Positions 49,081 to 62,225 of a stretch of 64,000 nucleotides of DNA are shown one piece after another. The DNA comes from Macrostomum lignano (taxonomy: Eukaryota), in assembly GCA_002269645.1 (NCBI GenBank), contig NIVC01001364.1:1-64000 (forward strand). Direction: 5' to 3'. A program made the translations under genes and the position numbers. Position 1 is the first letter of the stretch, and every line of letters begins with the position of its first letter. The notes below the pieces were generated by a model. That model did no database searches and was not told the origin of the DNA. It worked only from the letters and a program-made list of their open reading frames with translations.

Positions 49081-49724
49081 TCAACTATAAATGGTGATCA
49101 CCTCCTTGCCGGTGCCGCGAACCAGCAGCACCCGGTTCAGACCCTCTGTGAGCGCGTCTAAATAGCAGATGTAGTTATTGAGCCCGTCTCGATTCCTTGG
49201 CGGCTTAGGCAGATTGATGATCACCAGCTTGGAGTCGCCAGACAGTTCTGAAATCTTCCTGTTCAATCGGATTGCGCTGTGCATCTTCTTCTTCGTGCCG
49301 CTGCGGTCGCCAGCCAGGTCGCCAGTCAGGTCGCCGAGGCCGTCCGCCTGTTCAGCGTTGGCCGCGGCGGCTGCGGCGGCGTTAACAGCTTCGTCTGCGG
49401 CGGCGGCGACGGCGGCGGCGGCCGCAACCTCGGTGTCGTCCTCCTCAGCCCCGCCCGATGGCGGCAGGCGGAATGCGGCCCTGGCAGCGGCGGCCGAGAA
49501 TGTGTACTGACAGTTGGAGATCAGCGGCTCCTTGGCGCCATCGCCCGAGGCGGCTGCTGCGGCGGCAGCGGCAGCGGCGGTGTCGGCGGCTGCGGTGGAT
49601 CGTTTTGGTGCAGCTTCTGTCATCTCGATGGCCTCGTCGGGACCGCTGCCTGCGTCACCGCCAAGCAAGCTGGTTTCTGCGGAAGCGCGGAGGTGGGCAT
49701 GAGCATGAGGGGGCGATGGCATAA
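49081..49724 (-). CDS. KCC: K-Cl cotransporter (SLC12A4-7 type), last exon
   Basis: Ends MHSAIRLN...SKLVIINLPKPP...YLDALTEGLNRVLLVRGTGKEVITIYS*, the KCC C-terminal signature; acceptor ccag|TT (phase 1) inferred. Confidence 0.9.
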
Positions 49725-49736
49725 CTGGCTGATGGA

Positions 49737-50243
49737 TGGTGCTGTGGGATGGTGCTGTGGGGATGGTTCTGTGGGGATGGTGCTTTGGGGATGGTGATGT
49801 GGGGATGGTGCTGTGGGGATGGTGCTGTGGGGATGATGCTGTGGGGGATGGTGCTGTGGGGATGATGCTGTGGGGGATGGTGCTGTGGGGGATGGTGCTG
49901 TGGGGATGGTGCTGTGGGGATGGTGCTGTGGGGATAGTGCTGTGGGGATGGTGCTGTGGCGGATGGTGCTGTGGGGATGGTTCTGTGGGGATGGTGCTTT
50001 GGGGATGGTGATGTGGGGATGGTGCTGTGGGGATGGTGCTGTGGGGATGATGCTGTGGGGGATGGTGCTGTGGGGGATGGTGCTGTGGGGATGATGCTGT
50101 GGGGGATGGTGCTGTGGGGGATGGTGCTGTGGGGATGGTGCTGTGGGGATGGTGCTGTGGGGATAGTGCTGTGGGGATGGTGCTGTGGCGGATGGTGCTG
50201 TGGGGATGGTGCTGTGGGGATGGTGCTGTGGGGATGGTGCTGA
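49737..50243. repeat. 14-bp minisatellite (GTGGGGATGGTGCT) in last KCC intron
   Basis: About 35 units. Confidence 0.93.
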
Positions 50244-50268
50244 GCCGCAAACAATGTCAGTCACACAC

Positions 50269-50440
50269 CAGCCTGATTCGAGCCCCGCCTGAGGGCGTCC
50301 AGCAGCAGCTGCGGTTGCGAGCTCAGAGCTTTCTGCGACAATCTGAGCTTCTGCATCAGAGCAGTTCGCTTCTCCATCTGCAGAGTCTTCTGATGCGTGT
50401 AGGCAGTCAGGTCCGAGTCGCCCAGTTCCACAACGCTCAC
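50269..50440 (-). CDS. KCC: KCC exon
   Basis: aacag|VSVVELGDSDLTAYTHQKTLQMEKRTALMQKL (cf. KCC DISAFTYERTLMMEQR); donor G|GTGTGT. Confidence 0.85.
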
Positions 50441-50546
50441 CTGTTAATTAATGATTTGCATGAGCAGAGAAAAAGAAATCAATTTTTAATGCATTTTGGA
50501 GGCCCCGTGCAAACCAATTAAGCGAACAGTTGTCAGGTCCGCTCAC

Positions 50547-50814
50547 CTCAGCCGTAATCCTAAGCTGGTAAATCATGCGGCGAAGATCTTCGCGCATCTT
50601 CAGCGTATTGTCGGTTGGCCCGGCGACGGAGAAGACTCGAATTCGGCAGTGCCGCCACACCCGGTGCTGCAGCAGCAGGAAGGGCAGCAGCAGCAGCAGG
50701 CCGCCGTCGTGCATCACCCACCAGACATCGATGTTGCCGGACTGCTTGGGCCCGCTGTTCAGCGGGAAGTCGTCGCCCTTGGGTATCAGCAGGCACATGC
50801 CGGACGATGTCACT
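50547..50814 (-). CDS. KCC: KCC exon
   Basis: IDVWWVMHDGGLLLLLPFLLLQHRVWRHCRIRVF; cgcag|A acceptor, GAG|GTGAGC donor. Confidence 0.93.
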
Positions 50815-50869
50815 CTGCGAAGGGGTTGCAGCGGTTGTTGGTTTTGGAAGGCCAGTTATCGACAGTCAA

Positions 50870-51420
50870 TACGAGGGGTAGGAGGGGTGAGCGAGGCAAT
50901 CAGCCAATTAGAGGCAGGTAGAGGAGGGGTGAGCGAGGCAATCAGCTAATAAGAGGCAGAGGAGGGATGAGCGAAGCAATCAGCCAATAAGAGGCAGAGG
51001 AGGGGTGAGCGAGGCAATCAGCCAGTAAGAGGCAGAGGGGTGAGCGAGGCAATCAGCCAATAAGAGGCAGAGGGGTGAGCGAGGCAATCAGCCAATAAGA
51101 GGCAGAGGAGGGGTGAGCGAGGCAATCAGCCAATTAGAGGCAGGCAGAGGAGGTATGAGCGAAGAAATCAGCCAACCAATAAGAGGCAGAGGAGGGATGA
51201 GCAAAGCAATCAGCTAATAAGAGGCAGACGAGGGGTGAGCGAGGCAATCAGCCAATAAGAGGCAGAGGAAGGGTGAGCGAGGAAATCAGCCAATAAGAGG
51301 CAGAGGAGGGGTGAGCGAGACCATCAGCCAATAAGATGCAGAGGAGGGGTGAGCGAGACTATCAGCCAATCAGAATGGATCGGAATGAAGCCTTGGGGTG
51401 GGCGAGGCATCAGCCAATCG
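50870..51420. repeat. 35-38-bp minisatellite (GAGGGGTGAGCGAGGCAATCAGCCAATAAGAGGCAGAG)
   Basis: About 14 units in a KCC intron. Confidence 0.9.
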
Positions 51421-51499
51421 GAGACGAGGAAGGGGTAGAGAACTTATGGACCGTAGAAAAAAAGATTTCAGTACGAAATAAGGGATTTTCATAGCTCAC

Positions 51500-51794
51500 T
51501 TCTGAATAGCATCCAGGAAGTCGTAGTACTCGGACTCGGGTGACTCGGCCTTCCACTGGGTTGGCCAGCCAACAACAACAGTGTTGGGCCGCAGGGCCCC
51601 GATGCCAAGCGATTGGATTAGCACGGAGAGACCCTCGGAGCGGTTGGTGCAGATCACGGCCTGAGAGAAGCCCTTGGCTTTCTCCCGATCCATGCAGGAT
51701 TTGAGCTGTTCGCGGCTCTGCCTGGCGGCTGACCGGGACACGGGGTCGGACACGTCGCCCTCCAGCAGGGTGGCAGCCATCAGCAGGCCTTTGC
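51500..51794 (-). CDS. KCC: KCC exon
   Basis: GKGLLMAATLLEG...LIQSLGIGALRPNTVVVGWP; catag|GC acceptor, AA|GTGAGC donor. Confidence 0.92.
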
Positions 51795-52029
51795 CTATGG
51801 AGGCGAATATTAACTTAATTAATTAGCTGCGAAAGAGAGGACAACACAGGGAGATGGGTAGGGGAAAGAAAACTATAGTGGGGCAGAAAGGAATATATGG
51901 GGGTGAAGGCCATATAAATGGGGAAAAGGGATATTAGAAAGAGAAAGGGATATTTGGGAGAAAATAGGGATATTAGGGATATATAGGGGCATTAAAGGGG
52001 ATTTAAAAAAAAAAGGGGAATATTAGGGA

Positions 52030-52345
52030 GAAAAGGAGATATTAAGGAGCAAAGGGGATGTTAAAGAGCGAAGGGGATGTTAAGGAGCGAAGGGAATGTT
52101 AAAGAGCGAAGGGAATGTTAAAGAGCGAAGGGGATGTTAAGGAGCGAAGGGGATATTAAGGAGCAAGGGGATATTAAGGAGCGAAGGGGATATTGAGGAG
52201 CAAGGGGATATTAAGGAGCGAAGGGGATATTGAGGAGCGAAGGGGATATTAAGGAGCGAAGGGGATATTGAGGAGCGAAGGGGATATTAAGGAGCAAAGG
52301 GGATATTAAGGAGCGAAGGGGATATTAAGGAGCGAAGGGGATATC
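52030..52345. repeat. 19-bp minisatellite (AAGGAGCGAAGGGGATATT)
   Basis: About 16 units in a KCC intron. Confidence 0.9.
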
Positions 52346-52391
52346 TCAAGCCAGTAACACAATAGCCTGAGGCACAAACGGTTGAACTCAC

Positions 52392-52959
52392 CAGCTTTGA
52401 GCTGCCCAGCCAGGCCAACAATCTGCTGACATTTGCCTTCGACTGGCGCCTCCTCACCCAGTGGCGCCGTTTTAACAAGCGCCAACAGTTGCGGGCGCCA
52501 ATTCTTGCAGTGCTGCTCCCCGGCCTCCTCGATGCGCAGCAGAGAGTAGCGGGCGGTGGACAGGGCCAGGCCGCGGATGCCATCGCCCCATTCTTTGCGA
52601 GCGCCGGCGTATTCAACGTATTTGTAGATGGCTGCGCACAGGCCGCAGACGACCAAGGCGTAGTACCAGTAGGTGGCAAACATGATGAAGGCGCACAGAG
52701 CCGCTCCCAGCAGCGACAGGCTCCAATGGTAGTAGCGAAATCTCGGCCGCCAGTTCGGGGCGCGCACCAGAGTTTGCAGGGCGCAGACAAGATTAACAAA
52801 GCCGTAGCACATCAGGAAGAAGAAGTCCACAATTGGGGCGATATGATCGATGGCGCCGACTAGGATGCCGCATTCGGCAATCACGGTGGTGATCAGCAGG
52901 GCGTAGAACGGCTCGCCGAATCTGTTCAGCGTGGCGAATGGCCGCAGGAAGGGCAGCAC
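52392..52959 (-). CDS. KCC: KCC exon (late TM helices to cytosolic domain)
   Basis: [13 protein letters not shown]...[20 protein letters not shown]...KNWRPQLL; cctag|GTG acceptor, G|GTGAGT donor. Confidence 0.95.
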
Positions 52960-53007
52960 CTAGGCGGGGGAGAGTGGGGATTTGATTGCTGGGTCTGAGC
53001 TGGCGGG

Positions 53008-54790
53008 GATTGAGGCGATTCTACAGCTTTGAGGCGATTCTATAGCTTTGAGGCGATTCTACAACTTTGAGGCGATTCTACAACTTTGAGGCGATTCTAC
53101 AGCTTTGAGGCGATTCTACAGTTTTTAGGCGATTCTACAGCATGGGGCGATTCTACAGCATGGGGCGATTCTACAGCATGGGGCGATTCTACAGCATGGG
53201 GCGATTCTACAGCATGGGGCGATTCTAAACTTGGGGCGATTCTACAGCTCAGGGCGATTCTAAACTTGGGGCGATTCTACAGCTCAGGGCGATTCTAAAC
53301 TTGGGGCGATTCTACAGCTCAGGGCGATTCTAAACTTAAGGCGATTCTACAGCTCAGGGCGATTCTAAACTTGGGGCGATTCTACAGCTTGGGGCGATTC
53401 TACAGCTTTGAGGCGATTCTATAGCTTTTGAGGCGATTATGCATGCAATTTTTTAATTATTTTAAATCTTGGGCTATTCTAAAACTTGGGGCGATTCTAA
53501 AGCTTGGGTGATTCTCAAGCTTGGGCGATTCTACAGCTTGAGGCGATTCTACAGCTTGGGGCGATTCTAAAGCTTGGGTGATTCTAAAACTTGGGGCGAT
53601 TCTACAGCTTGAGGCGATTCTTAAATTTGGGGCGATTCTACAGCTTGGGGCGATTCTACAGCTTGAGGCGATTTTATAGTTTTTGAGGCGATTATGCATG
53701 CAATTTTTAAATTATTTTAAATCTTGGGCTATTCTAAAACTTGGGGCGATTCTAAAGCTTGGGTGATTCTCAAGCTTGGGCGATTCTTAAATTTGGGGCG
53801 ATTCTACAGCTTGAGGCGATTCTACAGCTTGGGGCGATTCTAAAGCTTGGGTGATTCTCAAGCTTGGGCGATTCTTAAATTTGGGGCGATTCTACAGCTT
53901 GGGGCGATTCTACAGCTTGAGGCGATTCTACAGCTTGGGGCGATTCTAAAGCTTGGGTGATTCTAAAGCTTGGGCGATTCTAAAGCTTGGGCGATTCTAC
54001 AGCTTGGGGCGATTCTAAAGCTTGGGTGATTCTAAAGCTTGGGCGATTCTAAAGCTTGGGCGATTCTAAAGCTTGGGCGATTCTACAGCTTGGGGCGATT
54101 CTAAAGCTTGGGGCGATTCTAAAGCTTGGGCGATTCTAAAGCTTGGGCGATTCTACAGCTTGGGGCGATTCTAAAGTTCTGAGGCGATTCTAAAGCTTGG
54201 GCGATTCTAAAACTTGGGGCGATTCTACAGCTTGGGGCGATTCTAAAGCTTGGGGCGATTCTAAAACTTGGGGCGATTCTACAGCTTGGGGCGATTCTAA
54301 AGCTTGGGGCGATTCTAAAGCTTGGGGCGATTCTAAAGTTCTGAGGCGATTCTAAAGCTTGGGGCAATTCTAAAGTTCTGAGGCGATTCTAAAGCTTGGG
54401 GCGATTCTAAAATTCTGAGGCGATTCTAAAGCTTGGGCGATTCTAAAGCTTGGGGCGATTCTTAAGTTCTGAGGCGATTCTAAAGCATTGGGCGATTTTA
54501 AAGCTTGGGGCGATTTTAAAGCTTGGGGCGATTTTAAAGCTTGGGGCGATTCTACAGCTTAAGGCGATTCTAAAACTTGGGGCGATTCTACAGCTTGGGG
54601 CGATTCTACAGCATGGGGCGATTCTACAGCTTGAGGCGATTCTACAGCTTGAGGCGATTCTACAGCTTGAGGCGATTCTACAGCTTGAGGCGATTCTACA
54701 GTTCTAAGGGGCGGATCGGGGTTATTCTAAAGGGGCGAATCGGGGTTATTTTAAAGGGGCGGATCGGGGGTTACTCTAAAGGGGCGGATT
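53008..54790. repeat. 17-18-bp minisatellite (GGGGCGATTCTACAGCTT and variants)
   Basis: Fills almost all of KCC intron 52960-54864; includes a larger-scale duplication near 53440 and 53690. Confidence 0.93.
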
Positions 54791-54864
54791 CCTAAGGTGA
54801 GACTTGTGGCGACTCTCAATGTAGGTTTCAGGCATTAATACTTATCAAAAAATAAAAGCCGCAC

Positions 54865-55148
54865 CTCATCCTTAGCGATGCTCTGCAGCAGTCGTGGCGC
54901 ACTGCACAGGCACTGCAGGGCGGCTCCAAAGGTGCTGGTGAAACTGCCAATGAGCAGTATCCAGTGACTGGGCCAGGCCAGCTTAGCGGTGACCAGAGTA
55001 TTTAAACTGTACCCAAATTTGTCCCGCAGCACAGCGCCGTTGACTGTGCCGCCGAATGCGAAAATCAAGCTGAGGTACACAAACGAGGTGGTAAACTGGG
55101 CGGCAATGGTGCCAACCGGGATGGACTTCTGCGGGTCCGCCAGGTCGC
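54865..55148 (-). CDS. KCC: KCC exon
   Basis: [17 protein letters not shown]...LRDKFG...[20 protein letters not shown]; ctgcag|GC acceptor, GAG|GTGCGG donor. Confidence 0.95.
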
Positions 55149-55164
55149 CTGCAGGGTTCGGAGT

Positions 55165-55705
55165 GGGTGGAGTCAAGGAGATCTAAAACTGGAATCTGGA
55201 GAGGGTGGAGTCAAGGAGATCTAGAACTGGAATCTGGAGAGGGTGGAGTCAAGGAGATCTAGAACTGGAATCTGGAGTGGGTGGAGTCAAGGAGATCTAG
55301 AACTGGAATCTGGAGTGTGTGGAGTCAAGGAGATCTAGAACTGGATTACTGGAATCTGGAGTGGGTGGAGTCAAGGAGATCTAGAACTGGAATCTGGAGT
55401 GGGTGGAGTCAAGGAGATCTAGAACTGGAATCTGGAGTGTGTGGAGTCAAGGAGATCTAGAACTGGAATCTGGAGTGGGTGGAGTCAAGGAGATCTAGAA
55501 CTGGATTACTGGAATCTGGAGTGGGTGGAGTCAAGGAGATCTAGAACTGGAATCTGGAGTGGGTGGAGTCAAGGAGATCTAAAACTGGAATCTGGAGTGT
55601 GTGGAGTCAAGGAGATCTAGAACTGGATTACTGGAATCTGGAGTGGGTGGAGTCAAGGAGATCTAGAACTGGAATCTGGAGTAGGTGGAGTCAAGGAGGT
55701 CTAGA
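55165..55705. repeat. 38-bp minisatellite (GGGTGGAGTCAAGGAGATCTAGAACTGGAATCTGGAGT)
   Basis: About 13 units, some with an 8-bp insert. Confidence 0.92.
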
Positions 55706-55924
55706 ATCAAGTTCTGAGTGGGTGGGTACAAGTCTAAATTTTCTTTAATTAAAGCTCAAGTAGTGGCTCTAATTTTCATTAAATTTTAATAATATAAAAA
55801 TACTGATATAACTACACAGTACTGTACTATAAGTAACAAAAACGCGCACGCAATAACGCAAAAAAAGTTTGAAAAAGTTAATAATAAATGACGCAAAAAA
55901 AATCTGTCTGATAAACCCAAGCGC

Positions 55925-57058
55925 TAGAGTAGAGAGTACTAGAGTAGAGAGGGGATAGAGAGCGAGTAGACTAGAGTAGAGAGGGGAAAGAGAGGGAGTA
56001 GACTAGAGTAGAGAGGGGAAAGAGAGGGAGTAGACTAGAGTAGAGAGGGGATAGAGAGCGAGTAGACTAGAGTAGAGAGGGGAAAGAGAGGGAGTAGACT
56101 AGAGTAGAGAGGGGATAGAGAGCGAGTAGACTAGAGTAGAGAGGGGAAAGAGAGGGAGTAGACTATAGTAGAGACGGGATAGAGGGAGTAGACTAGAGTA
56201 GAGACGGGATAGAGGGAGTAGACTAGAGTAGAGAGGGGATAGAGAGGGAGTAGACTAGAGTAGAGAGGGGATAGAGGGAGTAGACTAGAGTAGAGAGGGG
56301 ATAGAGGGAGTAGACTAGAGTAGAGACGGGATAGAGGGAGTAGACTAGAGTAGAGACGGGATAAAGGGAGTAGACTAGAGTAGAGACGGGATAGAGAGCG
56401 AGTAGACTAGAGTAGAGAGGGGAAAGAGAGGGAGTAGATTAGAGTAGAGAGGGGATAGAGAGGGAGTAGACTAGAGTAGAGAGGGGATAGAGAGCGAGTA
56501 GACTAGAGTAGAGACGGGATAGAGGGAGTAGACTAGAGTAGAGAGGGGATAGACGGAGTAGACTAGAGTAGAGAGGGGATAGAGAGGGAGTAGACTAGAG
56601 TAGAGAGGGGATAGAGGGAGTAGACTAGAGTAGAGAGGGGATAGAGGGAGTAGACTAGAGTAGAGAGGGGATAGAGAGGGAGTAGACTAGAGTAGAGCCG
56701 GGATAGAGGGAGTAGACTAGAGTAGAGAGGGGATAGAGAGCGAGTAGAGTAGAGTAGAGAGGGGATAGAGGGAGTAGACTAGAGTAGAGAGGGGATAGAG
56801 GGAGTAGACTAGAGTAGAGACGGGATAGAGGGAGTAGACTAGAGTAGAGAGGGGATAGAGAGCGAGTAGACTAGAGTAGAGAGGGGATAGAGAGGGAGTA
56901 GACTAGAGTAGAGAGGGGATAGAGAGCGAGTAGACTAGAGTAGAGGGGATAGAGAGGGAGTAGACTAGAGTAGAGGGGATAGAGAGGGAGTAGACTAGAG
57001 TAGAGAGGGGATAGAGGGAGTAGACTAGAGTAGAGAGGGGATAGAGAGGGAGTAGACT
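55925..57058. repeat. 30-32-bp purine-rich minisatellite (GAGTAGACTAGAGTAGAGAGGGGATAGAGAGG)
   Basis: About 36 units. Confidence 0.93.
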
Positions 57059-57818
57059 GAAATATAGTGTGGTATATCTTGAAAGGGATATAAGAGGGCG
57101 ATAGAAGGGGTGCAAAGGACAGGAGAAGGAGACAGAGTGGGATGGAGTACAGATAGGGATAGATAGAGGGCATAAACAGGTAATTAAGCCAGTACAGAGG
57201 GAGCATTGAAATGCAATAATCGAATGCCAGAAAACAGAGTTCGAGCGCGTGAGCAAGAACAATGCCTATAGGAATTAGCGCAGCTGCACACCTGCTCACA
57301 CCTGTACACGCAGCGTATTTCATCTCTGAATTCTAGCTACTAATTATGGGAGTAGCAGGATTTTGTTACCAGAAAAGATAATGGCCTAGTAACAGTGGGA
57401 CAGCATGACACGGGCTTGGCACAGGGAGTTGTATTATAGAGAAAGAAAAATTCTCCATAAGAAGTGGCAGAGAGACAGGCAGGCCCAGACAAACCAGGTA
57501 AGACAGGGTGAAATGCTAGACTGGGGACAAGACAGAAGCTCTACTTTGGGAAAGGAGGAGTCCAAGAAGGGGGAAGAGAGAGACGGGGGTAGGAAGGGGA
57601 GAGAAACGTGATGAATCGATAGAGAGAGGGTGCGACTGCGATTCCCCCATTACCAACCCCGAGGCCACAACTTGTCCTCGGTCTAAAGGACAAAATGCCA
57701 CACAGAGAGGGAAACTACCCAAAGCCGCTCACGGGGCTGCGACGAGGCCACTGCGAATTGCGTTTCCATAGCGACTGTGCAAATTTTTAACTCTGCCGGG
57801 GGCGTTTGTAAAACTCAC

Positions 57819-57980
57819 CCGACATGTTGCTGCCGGTCATGATGCCGGTCACGGACGGGAAGTAGATGGCCAACAGAATGAAGAAGCCCGTGGCGATGTC
57901 CTGCACAACATCGCGCTGCTTGTTGCCGACCACGCCTGGGGCTGCTTCGCCTTTCTTGGTGTACTGGCTCTGCATGTTCT
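57819..57980 (-). CDS. KCC: KCC exon (TM6)
   Basis: ENMQSQY...FFILLAIYFPSVTGIMTGSNMSG; ttccag|AG acceptor, G|GTGAGT donor. Confidence 0.95.
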
Positions 57981-58002
57981 CTGGAAAGGGGCAGGTGGGG
58001 TA

Positions 58003-58722
<720 letters not shown>

Positions 58723-59569
58723 ATCCCACACTGATTGATACAGCACGCCAGGACAGATGAGTGATTGCATCTAATTTACACGCGCAGACTCATCTGTGTG
58801 TCCAGGAGTCAGTAGAGAGAATACAAGCAAACAGACTCAGGCAGGCAGGCAGGCAGGCAGAAGACACTAAGCCAAGAGTGGCAACTAGCCTTAGCCAGCC
58901 CAGCAGCAGCAGCAGCAATGACCCAGTGCGACGCTGCTCATTCAAAGAACTAAAGCAGAGCTTTCAGCTGCCCAGCTCACAGAGCCCGCAGAGAAGAAAG
59001 AGACTGGTTGTGACAGACCAATCGAGAAGGCGAAGTAAAAAAAGAAATCAGTGAGAGCGGATGAGGCGCAGAGAGTGGGGGAAGTTTTCACACAAAAAAG
59101 CCTTTGGCTTGCTTTGCGCACTGAGCAGCTCTGAGCAGCTCTAATCTGAGTTCAAGCACAAACCCCCTGCTTGTGAAATTTTGACTCCCTAATTCCAAGG
59201 TCAAAACCCTTATCTACTAACCTAGACTGACTCAGGCAGTTTGTATGAATAGATAGCACAATCTGACAGACTTAGCTGTATTTGCTAAGAATTACTGCGC
59301 AATGGCGTCTTATGATAAGCATAGCGAAGGAGCACTTGTTACTGTTGGCTGCTATTCAACTCTCTTTGATCTGTTTTCGAAACAGTTCAAACGATCGATA
59401 TGCTGCTGCTACCATGACTTCTATACTAAACTGTTTATTTTTAATGTAGCAGGCTGAACTCTTGGGGCGGAAAGGATTTCTGGTTCAAACCAGGTTCCTA
59501 ATGTAGCTCTTTGCTTAATCTTGCTATTTTTCAGCTTTCTATAGCCTGTACATTACAGCTTGAAGTTTT

Positions 59570-60335
59570 CTTTTTCTATCGTTATATCTTCTATCTTTCC
59601 AAGGCTACATCTTCTATCTTTCTAAGTCTATATCTTCTATCTTTCCAAGTCTATATCTTCTACATGTATCTGTCCAAGTCTATATTTTCTATCTGTCCAA
59701 GTCTATATCTTCTATCTGTCCAAGTCTATATTTTCTAGCTGTCCAAGTCTATATTTTCTAGCTGTCCAAGTCTATATGTTCTATCTTTCTAAGTCTATAT
59801 GTTCTATCTGTCCAAGTCTATATGTTCTATCTTTCTAAGTCTATATGTTCTATCTGTCCAAGTCTATATGTTCTATCTGTCCAAGTCTATATGTTCTATC
59901 TTTCTAAGTCTATATGTTCTATTTTTCTAAGTCTATATCTTTTATCCGTCCAAATCTACATCTATCTTTCCAAGTCTATACTTTATGTTTCCAAGTCTAC
60001 ATTTCCTATCTTTCCAAGTCTACATTTCCTATCTTTCCAAGTTTATATCTTCTATCAGTTCAAGTTTACATCTTCTATCAGTTTAAGTTTACATCTTCTA
60101 TCAGTTCAAGTTTATATCTTCTATCAGTTCAAGTTTATATCTTCTATCAGTTCAAGTTTATATCTTCTATCAGTTCAAGTTTATATCTTCTATCAGTTCA
60201 AGTTTATATCTTCTATCAGTTCAAGTTTATATCTTCTATCAGTTCAAGTTTATATCTTCTATCAGTTCAAGTTTATATCTTCTATCAGTTCAAGTTTATA
60301 TCTTTTATCAGTTCAAGTTTATAGCTTTTCTATCT
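59570..60335. repeat. 23-bp minisatellite with a sequence gradient along the array
   Basis: TCTATATCTTCTATCTTTCCAAG shifts to TTTATATCTTCTATCAGTTCAAG. Confidence 0.88.
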
Positions 60336-60719
60336 ACTGCTATCAAAGATTATATCTTTGCTATTTCAGGAGTCGAACGCCCATCTCTCCAAAATTATAT
60401 TTTCCATCTCAAAAAAATATTCTATTTTTTCAGTAAGATTTTCTATCCCCTCTTTTTTCTCGTGCAACGGAGCCCCTCCTATCCATCTCCATATGCCACA
60501 GCGCCCGCCTCAAGCAGCCTCAAGCAGGCTGGGAGTCGCTTCAATTCGTCGTCTTATTTTCCTCTTGACAAATTCTACTCTATATCGGGCGTGTACTTTT
60601 ATAATAATTGAGCGATAAGCCTGCAATCTCGGACTGGGGCAGAGAGGCGCAGAAATCATGGCAGACGTCGCTACACAGCTAAGCTGGGAAACGCGCAGAT
60701 ATCGATTTAAACTAACCTA

Positions 60720-61070
60720 GCGAGCTCGTTTCTTAGCCAACCCCAAAGCTACCAACATACTGAAATTCGTAGAATATTTAAACATTGTGCTGTACCTACT
60801 AAGGCCGGGTTTCTGTGGTGTACGGGTTCCATGGCGACATCGTCCCACAGCCATGAGCGATAAGGCAATTCTGTCCATTCGACAGGCATGATGTACACTT
60901 CTCTGTGCTTTGGGAGGTTGGCCCTCATGGGCGCGACAATCCCCCGGACAATATTCAGTGCACACAGGCCCCAAATGAATGCGTGTGGCCGCGCACGGAA
61001 TCGAACCAGGGTTCGTGACGCGAGAGCCGACACAATTAAGGCTAGCGCTCACGGGACTCTGGATGCATCT
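60720..61070 (-). mobile_element. tRNA-derived SINE, copy 2 (in KCC intron); 3' boundary uncertain
   Basis: B-box GGTTCGATTCC on the minus strand; collinear similarity to 18030-18150. Confidence 0.6.
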
Positions 61071-61379
61071 CTCTCCTCTCCTCTCTTCTCTCTGTCTCTA
61101 TAGCTCTCTTTTGTACTGCTGAAACACGAAGTAACTCTAGTTTAGCTAGACAGTATTGCAACAATAATTAACGTGTTGATGCAGTATCTGTGCAAAGCTT
61201 TGGTTCTATTTTAAAATTGATGGAAAATTACTGGGAGTTTCCTCTAAACAAACGGGAGGGTTATGCAGGCGGCATTAAAATATGCGAAAAAAATTAATTT
61301 CAGCCAGAATTAATACGGGAAACCCAGAAAAATATGAAATGCAATACTTTAGGAAGATTGCCCGTTCGAGAAAATTTAA

Positions 61380-62225
61380 CGATAGAATATGACTTCTGTA
61401 GGATAGAATGAGAATCCTGTAGGATAGAATGTGACTTCTGTAGGATAGAATGTGACTCCTGTAGGATAGAATGAGACTTCTGTAGGATAGAATGTGACTT
61501 CTGTAGGATAGAATGTGACTTCTGTAGGATAAAATGTGAATTCTGTAGGATAGAATGTGACTTCTGTAGGATAAAATGTGAATTCTGTAGGATAGAATGT
61601 GACTCCTGTAGGATAGAATGTGACTTCTGTAGGATAGAATGTGACTTCTGTAGGATAGAATGAGACTCCTGTAAAATGTGACTTCTGTAAGATAAAATGT
61701 GACTCCTGTACGATAGAATGTGACTCCTGTAGGATAGAATATGACTTCTGTAGGATAGAATGAGACTTCTGTAGGATAGAATGTGACTTCTGTAGGATAG
61801 AATGTGACTTCTGTAGGATAAAATGTGACTTCTGTAGGATAGAATGTGAATTCTGTAGGATAGAATGTGACTCCTGTAAGATAAAATGTGAATTCTGTAG
61901 GATAGAATGTGACTCCTGTAAGATAGAATGTGACTCCTGTAGAATAGAATGTGACTCCTGTAGGATAGAATGTGACTCCTGTAGGATAGAATGTGACTCC
62001 TGTAGAATAGAATGTGACTCCTGTAGGATAGAATGTGACTCCTGTAGGATAGAATGTGACTTCTGTAGGATAGAATGTGACTCCTGTAGGATAGAATGTG
62101 AATTCTGTAGGATAGAATGTGACTCCTGTAAGATAGAATGTGACTCCTGTAGGATAGAATGTGACTCCTGTAGGACAGAATGTGACTCCTGTAGGATAGA
62201 ATGTGACTCCTGTAGGATAGAATGT
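61380..62225. repeat. 21-bp minisatellite (TGTGACTYCTGTAGGATAGAA)
   Basis: About 40 units. Confidence 0.94.

Noticed and set aside
57600-57780. GC-rich structured-looking segment, considered as an HDV-like ribozyme
   Set aside because: Could not build the P1-P4 nested pseudoknot by eye.
60960-61070. Functional tRNA gene
   Set aside because: A B-box is present but the acceptor and T stems do not pair; the homologous body at 18030-18150 indicates a SINE.
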